The position numbers and the translations under genes are program-made. Source: a virus. From it: a stretch of 64,000 nt of DNA. This document shows positions 1 to 7,906 of this stretch, one piece after another. The notes beneath the pieces are model-generated. The model saw only the letters and a program-made list of their open reading frames with translations, did no database searches and was not told the DNA's origin. The stretch's first letter is position 1; each line of letters starts with the position of its first letter. Location of the stretch: the IMG/VR virus record IMGVR_UViG_3300025834_000005. One strand, given 5' to 3'.

Positions 1-678
1 AGAGATACTGATCACGTTAAATTAATAGCTTGGAAGAACGAGACTGTGATGTATTCTAATAAAATGATACGTGACAGTTTATTTGGTGCTAATAGCGATA
101 TAGTTGAGATTAACGACCTTTTAATGGGCTATCGAAGTATTGGCGATAAAAGTCGGTTATATAATATTATTGAGAATTCGGCGGATTACAGAATTGTAAC
201 CAAATCTGATCTGGAACAAAGCGAATTGGATATATTCGGCTATTATGTCAAGCTACGTGAAAATACAGGCTTTGGAAGTTACACATTCCGAGACGTTTTC
301 ATTGTAGATACCAATGACGTGAGTAACATGCATTTATATGCTGAATATCATGACTTTTTCAGAGATATGGCAAGTAAAAATAAAAAACTATGGACTAAAT
401 ATTACGATTTTAGACGTAATAATATGATTCTACGCAACATCACTGAATTCAGAAATGGTACTTTACGTGGACGTAAGGATATTATTGTAAAAGATTTGGA
501 TTATGGATTTGCTATCACAGGTCATAAATCACAAGGTAGTACCTATAAGAATGTTTTCATTCTTGAGGATGATATTGACGAAAACTGGTCTATTAAAGAA
601 CGAAATCAGATAAAATACGTTGCTATGACACGACCATCGAAGTCTGCAACCATTTTAACATCAAATGCGATGGATTAA
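1..678 (+). CDS. SF1 Dda/RecD-like DNA helicase, C-terminal part (5' end outside window)
   Basis: Frame 1 is open from nt 1 (..LIAWKNETV.. precedes the listed Met at 46). C-terminal helicase motifs 'GFAITGHKSQGSTYKNVFI' and 'YVAMTRPSKSATIL' are typical of Dda/RecD (UvrD_C_2) helicases. Confidence 0.75.
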   Translation, partial: RDTDHVKLIAWKNETVMYSNKMIRDSLFGANSDIVEINDLLMGYRSIGDKSRLYNIIENSADYRIVTKSDLEQSELDIFGYYVKLRENTGFGSYTFRDVFIVDTNDVSNMHLYAEYHDFFRDMASKNKKLWTKYYDFRRNNMILRNITEFRNGTLRGRKDIIVKDLDYGFAITGHKSQGSTYKNVFILEDDIDENWSIKERNQIKYVAMTRPSKSATILTSNAMD

Positions 679-693
679 TATGAAATACTTCAA

Positions 694-701
694 TATTTTT
701 G
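694..701 (+). promoter_or_regulatory. candidate host-type -7 promoter element TATTTTTG (TAnnTTTG)
   Basis: Matches the Bacteroidota sigma-A -7 consensus TAnnTTTG. Lies in the 74-nt gap between the helicase and the HD gene, 51 nt upstream of the ATG at 753. Confidence 0.35.
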
Positions 702-752
702 TAACCTTTTGTATTAAATTACGTATAACATAGAAAATATAAAAATTTAAAC

Positions 753-1520
753 ATGGATTCACTAAAATATTGCGTGATTTGCGACAGATATCCTATTGAG
801 ATTGATTTGTGTAAAGAAGAGGCTGATATTAGGTGTTATGAACATCAAAACAAAACAGACTGTTTCACGCATTCATATGTCTCAATTCAGAACATAAGTT
901 CTCTCGGAGAATGTTTAATGAGTGAGATATATAAGATTAAAGCACGTTTAATCTTAAAACCTGAAAACATCGCAGAAGACCGAATTATAGCTGATTACGA
1001 TTTTTATTCACATATATTTGATGGTGAAGCAAGGCGTGGACACCCAGAGGGAGCTATTATTAATCATATTGTTGAAGTTTTTGATAATATTAACCTGTAC
1101 TCAGTCGGAAATGATGAAAGAAGATTATTGAGACTGATCGCACTAATTCATGATAGTTTCAAGTATAAAGTAGATCGAAGCAAACCGAGAGTCGATGAAA
1201 ACCATCATGGTGCTATCGCAAAAAACTTCGCTCTTAAGTATATCACTGGCTTAAGGACTTTGTTCGTAATTGAAGAACATGATGTAGCGTACAATGTGTG
1301 GCGTAGTGGCTCTAAAGGCGGCTGGGAACAAGCAACAAAAAGAGCAGTGGCGTTAATTAAAAAGCTTGACGCACTCGATGTGCTTGATCTGTATGTTAAA
1401 TTCTACCAATGTGATAATGAAACTGGTGATAAAACTCATGAATGTTTCGCATGGTTCTTAAATTTAGTTAATGAATATAAAAAAAGAAATAAAAATGAAA
1501 AAACAAATTTGTTCTATTAA
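753..1520 (+). CDS. HD-domain phosphohydrolase-like protein with N-terminal Cys/His cluster
   Basis: 'GHPEGAIINH' ... 'LIALIHDSFKYK' ... 'NHHG' ... 'EEHD' gives the H..HD..H..D spacing of the HD superfamily. The HPEG-x4-H / HDxxK pattern recalls HD domains attached to tRNA nucleotidyltransferases. The N-terminus has a CVIC..C..C.H cluster. Confidence 0.5.
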   Translation: MDSLKYCVICDRYPIEIDLCKEEADIRCYEHQNKTDCFTHSYVSIQNISSLGECLMSEIYKIKARLILKPENIAEDRIIADYDFYSHIFDGEARRGHPEGAIINHIVEVFDNINLYSVGNDERRLLRLIALIHDSFKYKVDRSKPRVDENHHGAIAKNFALKYITGLRTLFVIEEHDVAYNVWRSGSKGGWEQATKRAVALIKKLDALDVLDLYVKFYQCDNETGDKTHECFAWFLNLVNEYKKRNKNEKTNLFY

Positions 1521-1929
1521 GCATTTCGAAAGAATGCTTAAACAATTCGGGAAAAAAGCATGCACACAAATAATCAATAAGATTTTATTTGTTGATAAAA
1601 AATATCCTGATTCTGAATTTTTATCAATAAGTAATTTTCTCGGAGGATACACTGATTTTTGTGCCAACGATTTGGAATCACTATTTTTAAAATTACTAAA
1701 CGACCAATTCAAATCAAACACGTTTAAAACCAAATCAGGCGTTTCTATAGCGTATATTGATTCAGTGGTTGAGGTGAACTATACAGTTGAAGACGAGAAT
1801 CACAACAGATTAAAATCAATCGATAGTGAGGTATGGCCAGACAAAAAGTACATCACTTTTAGAATATATCGTAAAAAGACAAGAAAGAAACTATTGGTTA
1901 GATGGTCTGTCCCAATGACATGGATTTAA
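1471..1929 (+). CDS. hypothetical protein
   Basis: ORF with phage-like K/N/D/E-rich composition. Overlaps the previous gene by 50 nt, so the real start may be ATG 1495 (MKKQ..) or 1534. No motif recognised. Confidence 0.45.
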   Translation: MNIKKEIKMKKQICSIKHFERMLKQFGKKACTQIINKILFVDKKYPDSEFLSISNFLGGYTDFCANDLESLFLKLLNDQFKSNTFKTKSGVSIAYIDSVVEVNYTVEDENHNRLKSIDSEVWPDKKYITFRIYRKKTRKKLLVRWSVPMTWI

Positions 1930-1977
1930 GTATAATGTCCAAAATAAAGTTTTAAGTGTAAATTAAAAATAAAAAAA

Positions 1978-3345
1978 ATGAATGTTGATTTAAGTGTAAA
2001 CAAACTCGTGGTATATCAGTCAGCCACAAAAGAGTTTAAAGGGTTTCTAATAAAAACCGATGGCTTGTATAGTATTAAGGTGATCGAGTCAACAAAAGGC
2101 AAGATTAAGGTTGATAGCACATATAAGCTTAATAGTAATGAACTGGATTATCTGAACCAGTCCGAATACCCTAAACTGATGGCTGTAAGCATGAGGTCAT
2201 GGCATTATCATCTGGTAAAATATGTTCTGGGTAGCGGAGCACCAACGCCAGAAACAATGCGTAATGGCTGTCCATATTTCTGGCTGTTTATATTTTCACT
2301 ATTTGTATGCACATTTGTTTTCATCGGTAGCATGATCAAAAAGGTCGCAATGTTATTTGATAGCGGAATACAGAAATTTTTCGACGTATTGATCGACCAT
2401 TGGCTTTTAAATGTGGGTGAAAGTGAAATGTATGATTATGCACAGAATGATGGCGATTATTACAAGCCAAATTATTTTACGAAAGCCATTTCAGGTAATA
2501 AATATAATGTTTTTGATAAATTTGTGTTACTTAAATATGGTATAGATAAAAATACGGATTCAGCCTTATACATGCAAAAGAATAATGAGTTATTTGAAAA
2601 ATGGAAAGCATGGCGTAAAGAGGAGAATGAATATGCTGAAAAAAATAGAGCCGAATATCAGAAAAATCTTGCTAAAAAGAAGATTAAGGATGCCAAATGG
2701 GAAGCAAGAATGAAACCTATAAACAACGCATTTGCAAATGCCTCAAATAGCATGTCAAATTTCTTTAACAAAATTCACGATGCTTTCACTGTCAATGCTA
2801 ATATCATAAAAAATACCAAAAAGATTGTAGGATTTCTTGTAACTGTTTTCCTATTAGCAACTTCATTTATAGTCGCATCGATTATATCATATCTATTAGT
2901 CATGCTCTTTGAGGGTGCAGCAAATAATATCGGCACTATTTTAATGGTATTAGGTTATTCAGGTGTTTTTATAGCTTTAGTTCTCGTGTTACTATTCATT
3001 TATTTTGTTCTCGATGCTTTCGCTAAAGACTGTATGAAAAATAAAAATACATGGTATTCTAAATTCCTACGTTCAGCTATCTTTAGTCCTATCGCAATTG
3101 CTGGGATATTCATATTAAGAGTTATATACTATATTATAATACTACCTTTGAAATTCGTTGTATATGATTTTCTCTGGAAAATAGTATGTGTAGCGATCAT
3201 AGCTGGCTCAGCAGTGGGAATATTCAATCTGATATTAAACTCTGGAGGTATCTTCTCAGATTACTTTAAAGCAAGTTATAGTGATTACTGCCCTGGAATT
3301 GAGTGGATTGACACGGAAGACGAAGTAAAAAATAATAAAAAATAA
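1978..3345 (+). CDS. multi-pass membrane protein, unknown function
   Basis: Soluble N-terminal ~90 aa, then a hydrophobic helix (FWLFIFSLFVCTFVFIGS), a K/E-rich coiled-coil-like segment (EKWKAWRKEENEYAEKNRAEYQKNLAKKKIKDAKWE), and at least 5 further hydrophobic helices to the C-terminus. Confidence 0.6.
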   Translation: MNVDLSVNKLVVYQSATKEFKGFLIKTDGLYSIKVIESTKGKIKVDSTYKLNSNELDYLNQSEYPKLMAVSMRSWHYHLVKYVLGSGAPTPETMRNGCPYFWLFIFSLFVCTFVFIGSMIKKVAMLFDSGIQKFFDVLIDHWLLNVGESEMYDYAQNDGDYYKPNYFTKAISGNKYNVFDKFVLLKYGIDKNTDSALYMQKNNELFEKWKAWRKEENEYAEKNRAEYQKNLAKKKIKDAKWEARMKPINNAFANASNSMSNFFNKIHDAFTVNANIIKNTKKIVGFLVTVFLLATSFIVASIISYLLVMLFEGAANNIGTILMVLGYSGVFIALVLVLLFIYFVLDAFAKDCMKNKNTWYSKFLRSAIFSPIAIAGIFILRVIYYIIILPLKFVVYDFLWKIVCVAIIAGSAVGIFNLILNSGGIFSDYFKASYSDYCPGIEWIDTEDEVKNNKK

Positions 3346-3349
3346 AAAC

Positions 3350-3928
3350 ATGTATACATTTCTATTAGTATCATTAGTAACAATCATAGTCTCGGCATGC
3401 TTCTTCAAAGGAAGTATGTCATGGGACAAAAAATTTCTAATCATAGGTATAATTGCCTTCGTAACTATGGTATCATTCGTTGTGACAGATTTATCCACAA
3501 GGGATAAAAAGAAAACTGTAATTTCTTACAATTCTATTCACGAGTTATTTAGTATTAAATGCAAAACAGATAGTATAGACACTGTTAAGAATTTTGTTTT
3601 ATATACCAATTTAAATTCGGATTCGATTATATATAAAACGGCTGTAAACACACACATTGTTTTTGCACAGATAGGTAGCGATACAATGGTCTATTACATG
3701 AAAAACGATGGTAAGATCACATCTAAATATCTGAAGGATATTTATTTTAGAAAAGACACCACGAATAAAGCATATCACATGATAAAAACAGCGTTATATG
3801 ATCGTGAGTTGAATAACTGGTATAATCCATTCACATTGAACGCATACTTATCAGAGATCGTACTGGTATTACCATCAAATGAATTCGATATGATTCCAAA
3901 AAGTCTTATTAAACCAGAAAAATTTTAA
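3350..3928 (+). CDS. membrane-anchored protein, unknown function
   Basis: Two N-terminal hydrophobic helices (LLVSLVTIIVSACFF, LIIGIIAFVTMVSFVV) followed by a soluble domain. Starts 5 nt after the previous stop. Confidence 0.55.
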   Translation: MYTFLLVSLVTIIVSACFFKGSMSWDKKFLIIGIIAFVTMVSFVVTDLSTRDKKKTVISYNSIHELFSIKCKTDSIDTVKNFVLYTNLNSDSIIYKTAVNTHIVFAQIGSDTMVYYMKNDGKITSKYLKDIYFRKDTTNKAYHMIKTALYDRELNNWYNPFTLNAYLSEIVLVLPSNEFDMIPKSLIKPEKF

Positions 3929-3930
3929 AT

Positions 3931-4185
3931 ATGAAAACAAGTTTACTAAAAGTTGTTCTCTGCAAAGAGAGACTACATTGGAATAGGGTTATTGAGATAT
4001 ATGGTAAATTTGACAATATTCTCTCCAAAATGATAGCTGGTACGATTGTATCATTATTATTCACTGTAGGGCATTATTTTCATGTTGTGATGCATGTTTT
4101 ATACGAATTAGTTCTATATGTATTTTATCGTGATGCATTCAAGGGCAATTTGATCAAACTTGCCAATACCTGTAATACAAAATAA
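3931..4185 (+). CDS. small hypothetical membrane protein
   Basis: 84-aa ORF packed 3 nt after the previous stop. Central hydrophobic stretch (MIAGTIVSLLFTVGHYFHVVMHVLYELVLYVF). Confidence 0.45.
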   Translation: MKTSLLKVVLCKERLHWNRVIEIYGKFDNILSKMIAGTIVSLLFTVGHYFHVVMHVLYELVLYVFYRDAFKGNLIKLANTCNTK

Positions 4186-4208
4186 AATTGTCCATAATTA
4201 AAAATAAC

Positions 4209-4243
4209 GAAACGCTAATAGCTATAAAGGTTGTTAGCGTTTC
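4209..4243 (+). terminator. stem-loop (10-bp stem gaaacgctaa/ttagcgtttc, 15-nt loop), weak terminator candidate
   Basis: Perfect inverted repeat 4209-4218 / 4234-4243 in the 78-nt gap after the 3931-4185 ORF. No clear U-tract follows. Confidence 0.4.
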
Positions 4244-4263
4244 TCATAATACATAAATAAGCC

Positions 4264-4482
4264 ATGATTAAATCATTATTAACATATTTGTTTCTACTAT
4301 TCATTGAGTCGATAGTTATAGCCGCAATTATTTTTGTTATATCTTACTATCCATTACAAAATGAATTTGCTATTCACGTTAAATATATTAACTTTGTATA
4401 TTTAACGTTTGGATTTAAAATAATGTCAACAAATTTTATCGCTTTAATGAGTGCGATAGATGCACAAGAAAAACAAGAATAA
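4264..4482 (+). CDS. small hypothetical membrane protein
   Basis: 72-aa ORF with two hydrophobic segments (LLTYLFLLFIESIVIAAIIFVISYY; FVYLTFGFKIMSTNFIALMSAI). Confidence 0.5.
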   Translation: MIKSLLTYLFLLFIESIVIAAIIFVISYYPLQNEFAIHVKYINFVYLTFGFKIMSTNFIALMSAIDAQEKQE

Positions 4483-4484
4483 TT

Positions 4485-4700
4485 ATGAGATACAGTAAAG
4501 ACAGTTCAAGAATCACCGTCAAATATATTGACGCAAATACAGAGGATACGATATTCGAAATTCCTAATAGGAATCATACGAATATCGGTGAGCTATTTTC
4601 AGATTTCTATGCCAGTTCAATCATGGAAAACGAAATTAAGGATGGTAAATTTCCTAAAAAAATAATAATTTTAGCGGCAATCGAATTAACGCTCAACTAA
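4485..4700 (+). CDS. hypothetical protein
   Basis: 71-aa ORF packed 3 nt after the previous stop. No motif recognised. Confidence 0.45.
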   Translation: MRYSKDSSRITVKYIDANTEDTIFEIPNRNHTNIGELFSDFYASSIMENEIKDGKFPKKIIILAAIELTLN

Positions 4701-4701
4701 G

Positions 4702-5016
4702 ATGATAAATAAGCTAAATCGGTGTAGATTTAAGTCCTTTATGTCAGAGCACACTAAGGACGGAGGTAAAATTCCTCAAAAGTATGCTTTAACAGAGTTG
4801 GTCAAAGAATGTATAATATCCAAAGACTATAAGATATATTTTGGTGGCGGTTATGAATATGGGACGAAAAATGCCATAAATAAATATGATGTTGTTTGTT
4901 ACATCAACATGACTGGTGACCCATTCTTCATGGTATGTATGGATAATGAGGATGGCGATTTTTGCACATTGTTCTGCTGCAACTCAGATTGCGAATTTGA
5001 AAAAATAGAAATTTAA
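4702..5016 (+). CDS. hypothetical Cys-rich protein
   Basis: 104-aa ORF, tightly packed. C-terminal half has 8 Cys (..VVCYIN..MVCMDNEDGDFCTLFCCNSDCEF..). Confidence 0.45.
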   Translation: MINKLNRCRFKSFMSEHTKDGGKIPQKYALTELVKECIISKDYKIYFGGGYEYGTKNAINKYDVVCYINMTGDPFFMVCMDNEDGDFCTLFCCNSDCEFEKIEI

Positions 5017-5020
5017 ATAT

Positions 5021-5326
5021 ATGAGAACAAGATTAATAACAGGTCATGTTGAGCATTACTCACCTGACGAACCAAGCAAAGAACTTGGAATAATGATGAA
5101 TTATAATATCGACGGAAAATCAATCAGATTCGAATCGACGTTACCGTATATTTTCAAAAACGGTAATTATATCTTTTTTGAAACATTGTTAACAATGTTC
5201 GATTACTACTTAAACGGTAATGTTTATCTTAAACGTGCATATCTACCAGAAGCTGAATTTGACGCATATTTCGATGCGGAATTCATAGATGGATTATTTA
5301 AAGATAAACTCGAATGGATGGAATAA
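5021..5326 (+). CDS. hypothetical protein
   Basis: 101-aa ORF, last gene of the plus-strand block, followed directly by a strong terminator. Confidence 0.5.
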   Translation: MRTRLITGHVEHYSPDEPSKELGIMMNYNIDGKSIRFESTLPYIFKNGNYIFFETLLTMFDYYLNGNVYLKRAYLPEAEFDAYFDAEFIDGLFKDKLEWME

Positions 5327-5360
5327 AAAAAGGGAGCAAATTAATTTGCTCCCTTTTTTT
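5325..5360. terminator. bidirectional rho-independent terminator at the convergent strand switch
   Basis: aaaaaaa-GGGAGCAAA-ttaa-TTTGCTCCC-ttttttt. A 9-bp GC-containing stem (5332-5340 / 5345-5353) is flanked by an A-run and a T-run, between convergent genes ending at 5326 (+) and 5377 (-). Confidence 0.8.
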
Positions 5361-5376
5361 GTACAATGTCCTTTCA

Positions 5377-6126
5377 TTATATCATCCTGAGATCATTCAT
5401 TAATTGCATAGCAAGATTAACCTTTGTCATAGACTGCATAGAAGCCCAACTAATAACCTTATCATTATCAGCCTCAATATTTGCCCAATAAAACATAGAA
5501 GCGTCAACCTCATTAAAAATTTCAACAGTCTTCTTTAATCCTAAGAATTCGGATATTATCATTAAATTAGCGGATACAGCACCCCCAAATTTCCACACTT
5601 CCTCAACATCAACAATATTATCACCCTCCCAAGGTTTTGATGATAAAGACTCCTTCAAGATTGCTGGCAACTCAACAGGCTTACTAAATTTACTTCGGTT
5701 AACCATATACCTTTTAATTAAAAATGGTATTCTCATCTTTGATAAATTAAAGCCGCAAATTGCTGGAAACTTTGTGCCAGCTTCACCACATGAATTTAAG
5801 TAGTCAAAAAATGCTTCGATAACGATATCCTCATTAGGACTTGCAACCTTTTTAAAATTTCTTTTTACCTCACCGTTCACCATCGTCATAGTGCCATACG
5901 AAATCGACACTATTTTACACAACTCAGGGCATCTAACAGCGGCTCTCTCATAAGGCAGATTATAATCATCCCTATAATTAGTCCTGATCTCCATCCACTG
6001 GTCATACAAGCCTTTATTACCCTTCTCAAGTGCATCTAATGTCGGGTATTCCAATACACTATCTATCGATACAAATAGCATATTATAAATGCTTGCACGA
6101 TTAAAAACTGTCTTAAATAAGTCCAT
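5377..6126 (-). CDS. hypothetical protein; possible RNase H-fold / PolB-exonuclease-like layout without obvious catalytic residues
   Basis: Segment order ('LFVSIDSV', 'KIVSISYG', 'ICGFNLSKMRIPFLIKR', 'FLGLKK') resembles predicted PolB-related 3'-5' exonucleases. DxE / NxxxFD / YxxxD acidic residues are not evident. Confidence 0.3.
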   Translation of the reverse strand: MDLFKTVFNRASIYNMLFVSIDSVLEYPTLDALEKGNKGLYDQWMEIRTNYRDDYNLPYERAAVRCPELCKIVSISYGTMTMVNGEVKRNFKKVASPNEDIVIEAFFDYLNSCGEAGTKFPAICGFNLSKMRIPFLIKRYMVNRSKFSKPVELPAILKESLSSKPWEGDNIVDVEEVWKFGGAVSANLMIISEFLGLKKTVEIFNEVDASMFYWANIEADNDKVISWASMQSMTKVNLAMQLMNDLRMI

Positions 6127-6151
6127 ATTTATAATTAATTTTTTATTTTTA

Positions 6152-6159
6152 CAAAGATA
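6152..6159 (-). promoter_or_regulatory. candidate host-type -7 element TATCTTTG (TAnnTTTG)
   Basis: Reverse complement of caaagata, with 25 nt between the motif and the ATG at 6126. Confidence 0.4.
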
Positions 6160-6161
6160 AG

Positions 6162-6169
6162 GTATTTAT
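6162..6169 (+). promoter_or_regulatory. GTATTTAT motif in plus orientation, immediately upstream of the lone plus-strand ORF 6175-6639
   Basis: Same octamer as the minus-strand upstream motif, but only 5 nt from the ATG at 6175. Lies back-to-back with the TATCTTTG element of the divergent gene. Confidence 0.3.
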
Positions 6170-6174
6170 ATGAA

Positions 6175-6639
6175 ATGGACAAGAAAATTACACCCACATC
6201 TACAAATATTTCCAAAGGTTTTTGGAGTGATATTTTAACTGATAATAACTCATACAGATTTAGTATGACTAAAGTCGGCTCTCTTATTGGTCTGCTTATG
6301 ATGTTTATCGTAATCATGGCTTCCACAGTTATTATGGTTGATAAAAAGGAAATAGACCATGTGTTAATCGTAGAAATAATCGGTTTCACCTTAACAGCCA
6401 TTGGGTATAAAAATGGTTTCGGCTTTAATGTTAGTAACAAGATTGGGAGTATGGATGCTGAGACTATTAACTCCATAAACGCCATAAATAACAATAATAA
6501 TGGCGTCGCAGGTGTTAATAATGCTATGCCTAAAATGCCATCAATGCCAAATGTGACAGCAATGGCAAATATTCCGATTGTTATGAGTGATATGCCACCA
6601 GATGGCTCAAAAATAGAGGAATCTCAAACTAACCAATAA
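6175..6639 (+). CDS. small membrane protein with Asn-rich and Met/Pro-rich tail
   Basis: Two hydrophobic helices (VGSLIGLLMMFIVIMASTVIMV; VLIVEIIGFTLTAIGY). K/N/D-rich composition and codon pattern match neighbouring genes. Preferred over the antisense ORF 6135-6494, which is nearly devoid of charged residues. Confidence 0.5.
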   Translation: MDKKITPTSTNISKGFWSDILTDNNSYRFSMTKVGSLIGLLMMFIVIMASTVIMVDKKEIDHVLIVEIIGFTLTAIGYKNGFGFNVSNKIGSMDAETINSINAINNNNNGVAGVNNAMPKMPSMPNVTAMANIPIVMSDMPPDGSKIEESQTNQ

Positions 6640-7042
6640 TAAATTTGATTAGTTTGAGGATAAATGATTTGTTTTTCTCTTTCACACTCACATATATCTC
6701 ACTAATTTCAGCAAGATCATAGTTTAATAGACTATACTCCTGATAATCCTTCGAATGCTTTAATATATATTGAATACATTCAAGTCTTTTATCCTCTGAT
6801 AATTTTCTCTTTATTTCCATATTTTTCACATATGTGTCGCCAAAGCCTTCAATATCATTAGCAAACATTTTCATCGAGCGTTGATTCTCGCCCTTAATCT
6901 GCTTAATTTCGGCGGCATACATGCTCTTTGAGACTGGCTTATCAGCACCAATCTCAATAACTTCTTCTAATAATTCACGATCTTCATCGCTTAAATTTGA
7001 TTTAGGCTTTGGTATTTGATTTGGGTTCTGATTTTGTGTCAT
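6629..7042 (-). CDS. hypothetical protein
   Basis: 137-aa ORF overlapping the upstream gene by 41 nt (start may be further downstream). No motif recognised. Confidence 0.5.
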   Translation of the reverse strand: MTQNQNPNQIPKPKSNLSDEDRELLEEVIEIGADKPVSKSMYAAEIKQIKGENQRSMKMFANDIEGFGDTYVKNMEIKRKLSEDKRLECIQYILKHSKDYQEYSLLNYDLAEISEIYVSVKEKNKSFILKLIKFIIG

Positions 7043-7427
7043 CTACAATAGGTTTAAATGATGTTTCACGCATGTCATCGAGTTCCTTATAAAACTGATT
7101 AGCTTTATTCTCGAAGGTGCTTTTAAAGTTTTCCATTTTCTTTGCGAATAAGGCTTCCTTTTCAGCTATTTTTTTATTAGTGTTTATTAATAACTTCATA
7201 AAATCAACCAAAGTTCCAAGACCAACATCTGATTTCGCTGGTGCTAAGATCACAATCTTACCGTTTTCATCGTCGCTAACAATTTCACACGCCACAAACT
7301 GATTACCAGCAATAGCCCATTTAGCTGGTATACCAACTTCTAACTCATACCATCCGACTTCAGTATTACGTGTTATCGAGATTAAATAGCCATCTAATGG
7401 CTCTAACATTTTTTCTATTCTGTCCAT
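7002..7427 (-). CDS. hypothetical protein
   Basis: 141-aa ORF preceded by the GTATTTAT motif with 18-nt spacing. Confidence 0.55.
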   Translation of the reverse strand: MDRIEKMLEPLDGYLISITRNTEVGWYELEVGIPAKWAIAGNQFVACEIVSDDENGKIVILAPAKSDVGLGTLVDFMKLLINTNKKIAEKEALFAKKMENFKSTFENKANQFYKELDDMRETSFKPIVDDTKSEPKSNTKA

Positions 7428-7429
7428 AA

Positions 7430-7630
7430 TTATAATATAAAGCTAATAAATACGCCGATTGATATCCATAAAATCATTTTTTCAACACCAGTCATAACAA
7501 ACTTGGTATCGTTTCCGAAATATATTTTACTGTAAGCTTTAATTAAGATGTCGATAATAATATGTATAATATATATTATCGACATTATAAACATAAACTG
7601 GTAAATTTCTGCGAGAATTCCTATAATCAT
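7430..7630 (-). CDS. small hypothetical two-helix membrane protein
   Basis: 66 aa, two hydrophobic helices (IIGILAEIYQFMFIMSIIYIIHIIIDILI; MILWISIGVFISFIL). Confidence 0.45.
   Translation of the reverse strand: MIIGILAEIYQFMFIMSIIYIIHIIIDILIKAYSKIYFGNDTKFVMTGVEKMILWISIGVFISFIL
7446..7453 (-). promoter_or_regulatory. GTATTTAT upstream motif (candidate phage-specific promoter element)
   Basis: Plus strand reads ataaatac. Lies 18 nt upstream of the ATG at 7427 and overlaps the last codons of the preceding small ORF. Confidence 0.4.
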
Positions 7631-7642
7631 TTTTATTTGTTT

Positions 7643-7861
7643 TTATTTTTCTAAATCATTAGATACAACATCCTTAAAATAATGATCAACCATATCTATT
7701 TTTGAATTTATTAGTATAATTTCACCAAGAATTTCACTAATTTTATCGATTTTAGCACGATAGCCATGAGCCGATGAATTTATATAATCATGCAGTTCAA
7801 CCTCAGCCAGATATTTATCTGTTGATAGCTTACTCAATATATCATACTTAATATTAATCAT
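7643..7861 (-). CDS. hypothetical protein
   Basis: 72-aa ORF in the co-directional array. No motif recognised. Confidence 0.45.
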   Translation of the reverse strand: MINIKYDILSKLSTDKYLAEVELHDYINSSAHGYRAKIDKISEILGEIILINSKIDMVDHYFKDVVSNDLEK

Positions 7862-7906
7862 TTTTTTTGTAAAAGTATATAATATTTATCAATTATACAA
7901 GTACTT

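Noticed and set aside
1464-1733. 89-aa minus-strand ORF
   Set aside because: It lies entirely antisense to ORF 1471-1929 within a plus-strand operon. The hydrophobic, low-complexity translation is typical of AT-rich antisense frames.
3256-3498. 80-aa minus-strand ORF
   Set aside because: It lies antisense across the junction of two tightly packed plus-strand genes, with no upstream signal.
6135-6494. 119-aa minus-strand ORF, co-directional with its neighbours, in the 5377/6629 gap
   Set aside because: The translation is almost free of charged residues and looks like the antisense shadow of the plus-strand ORF 6175-6639. That ORF has normal phage-like composition and two clear TM helices. 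The minus-strand ORF would also bury the TATCTTTG element. This call is not certain, so the ambiguity is flagged in a finding.
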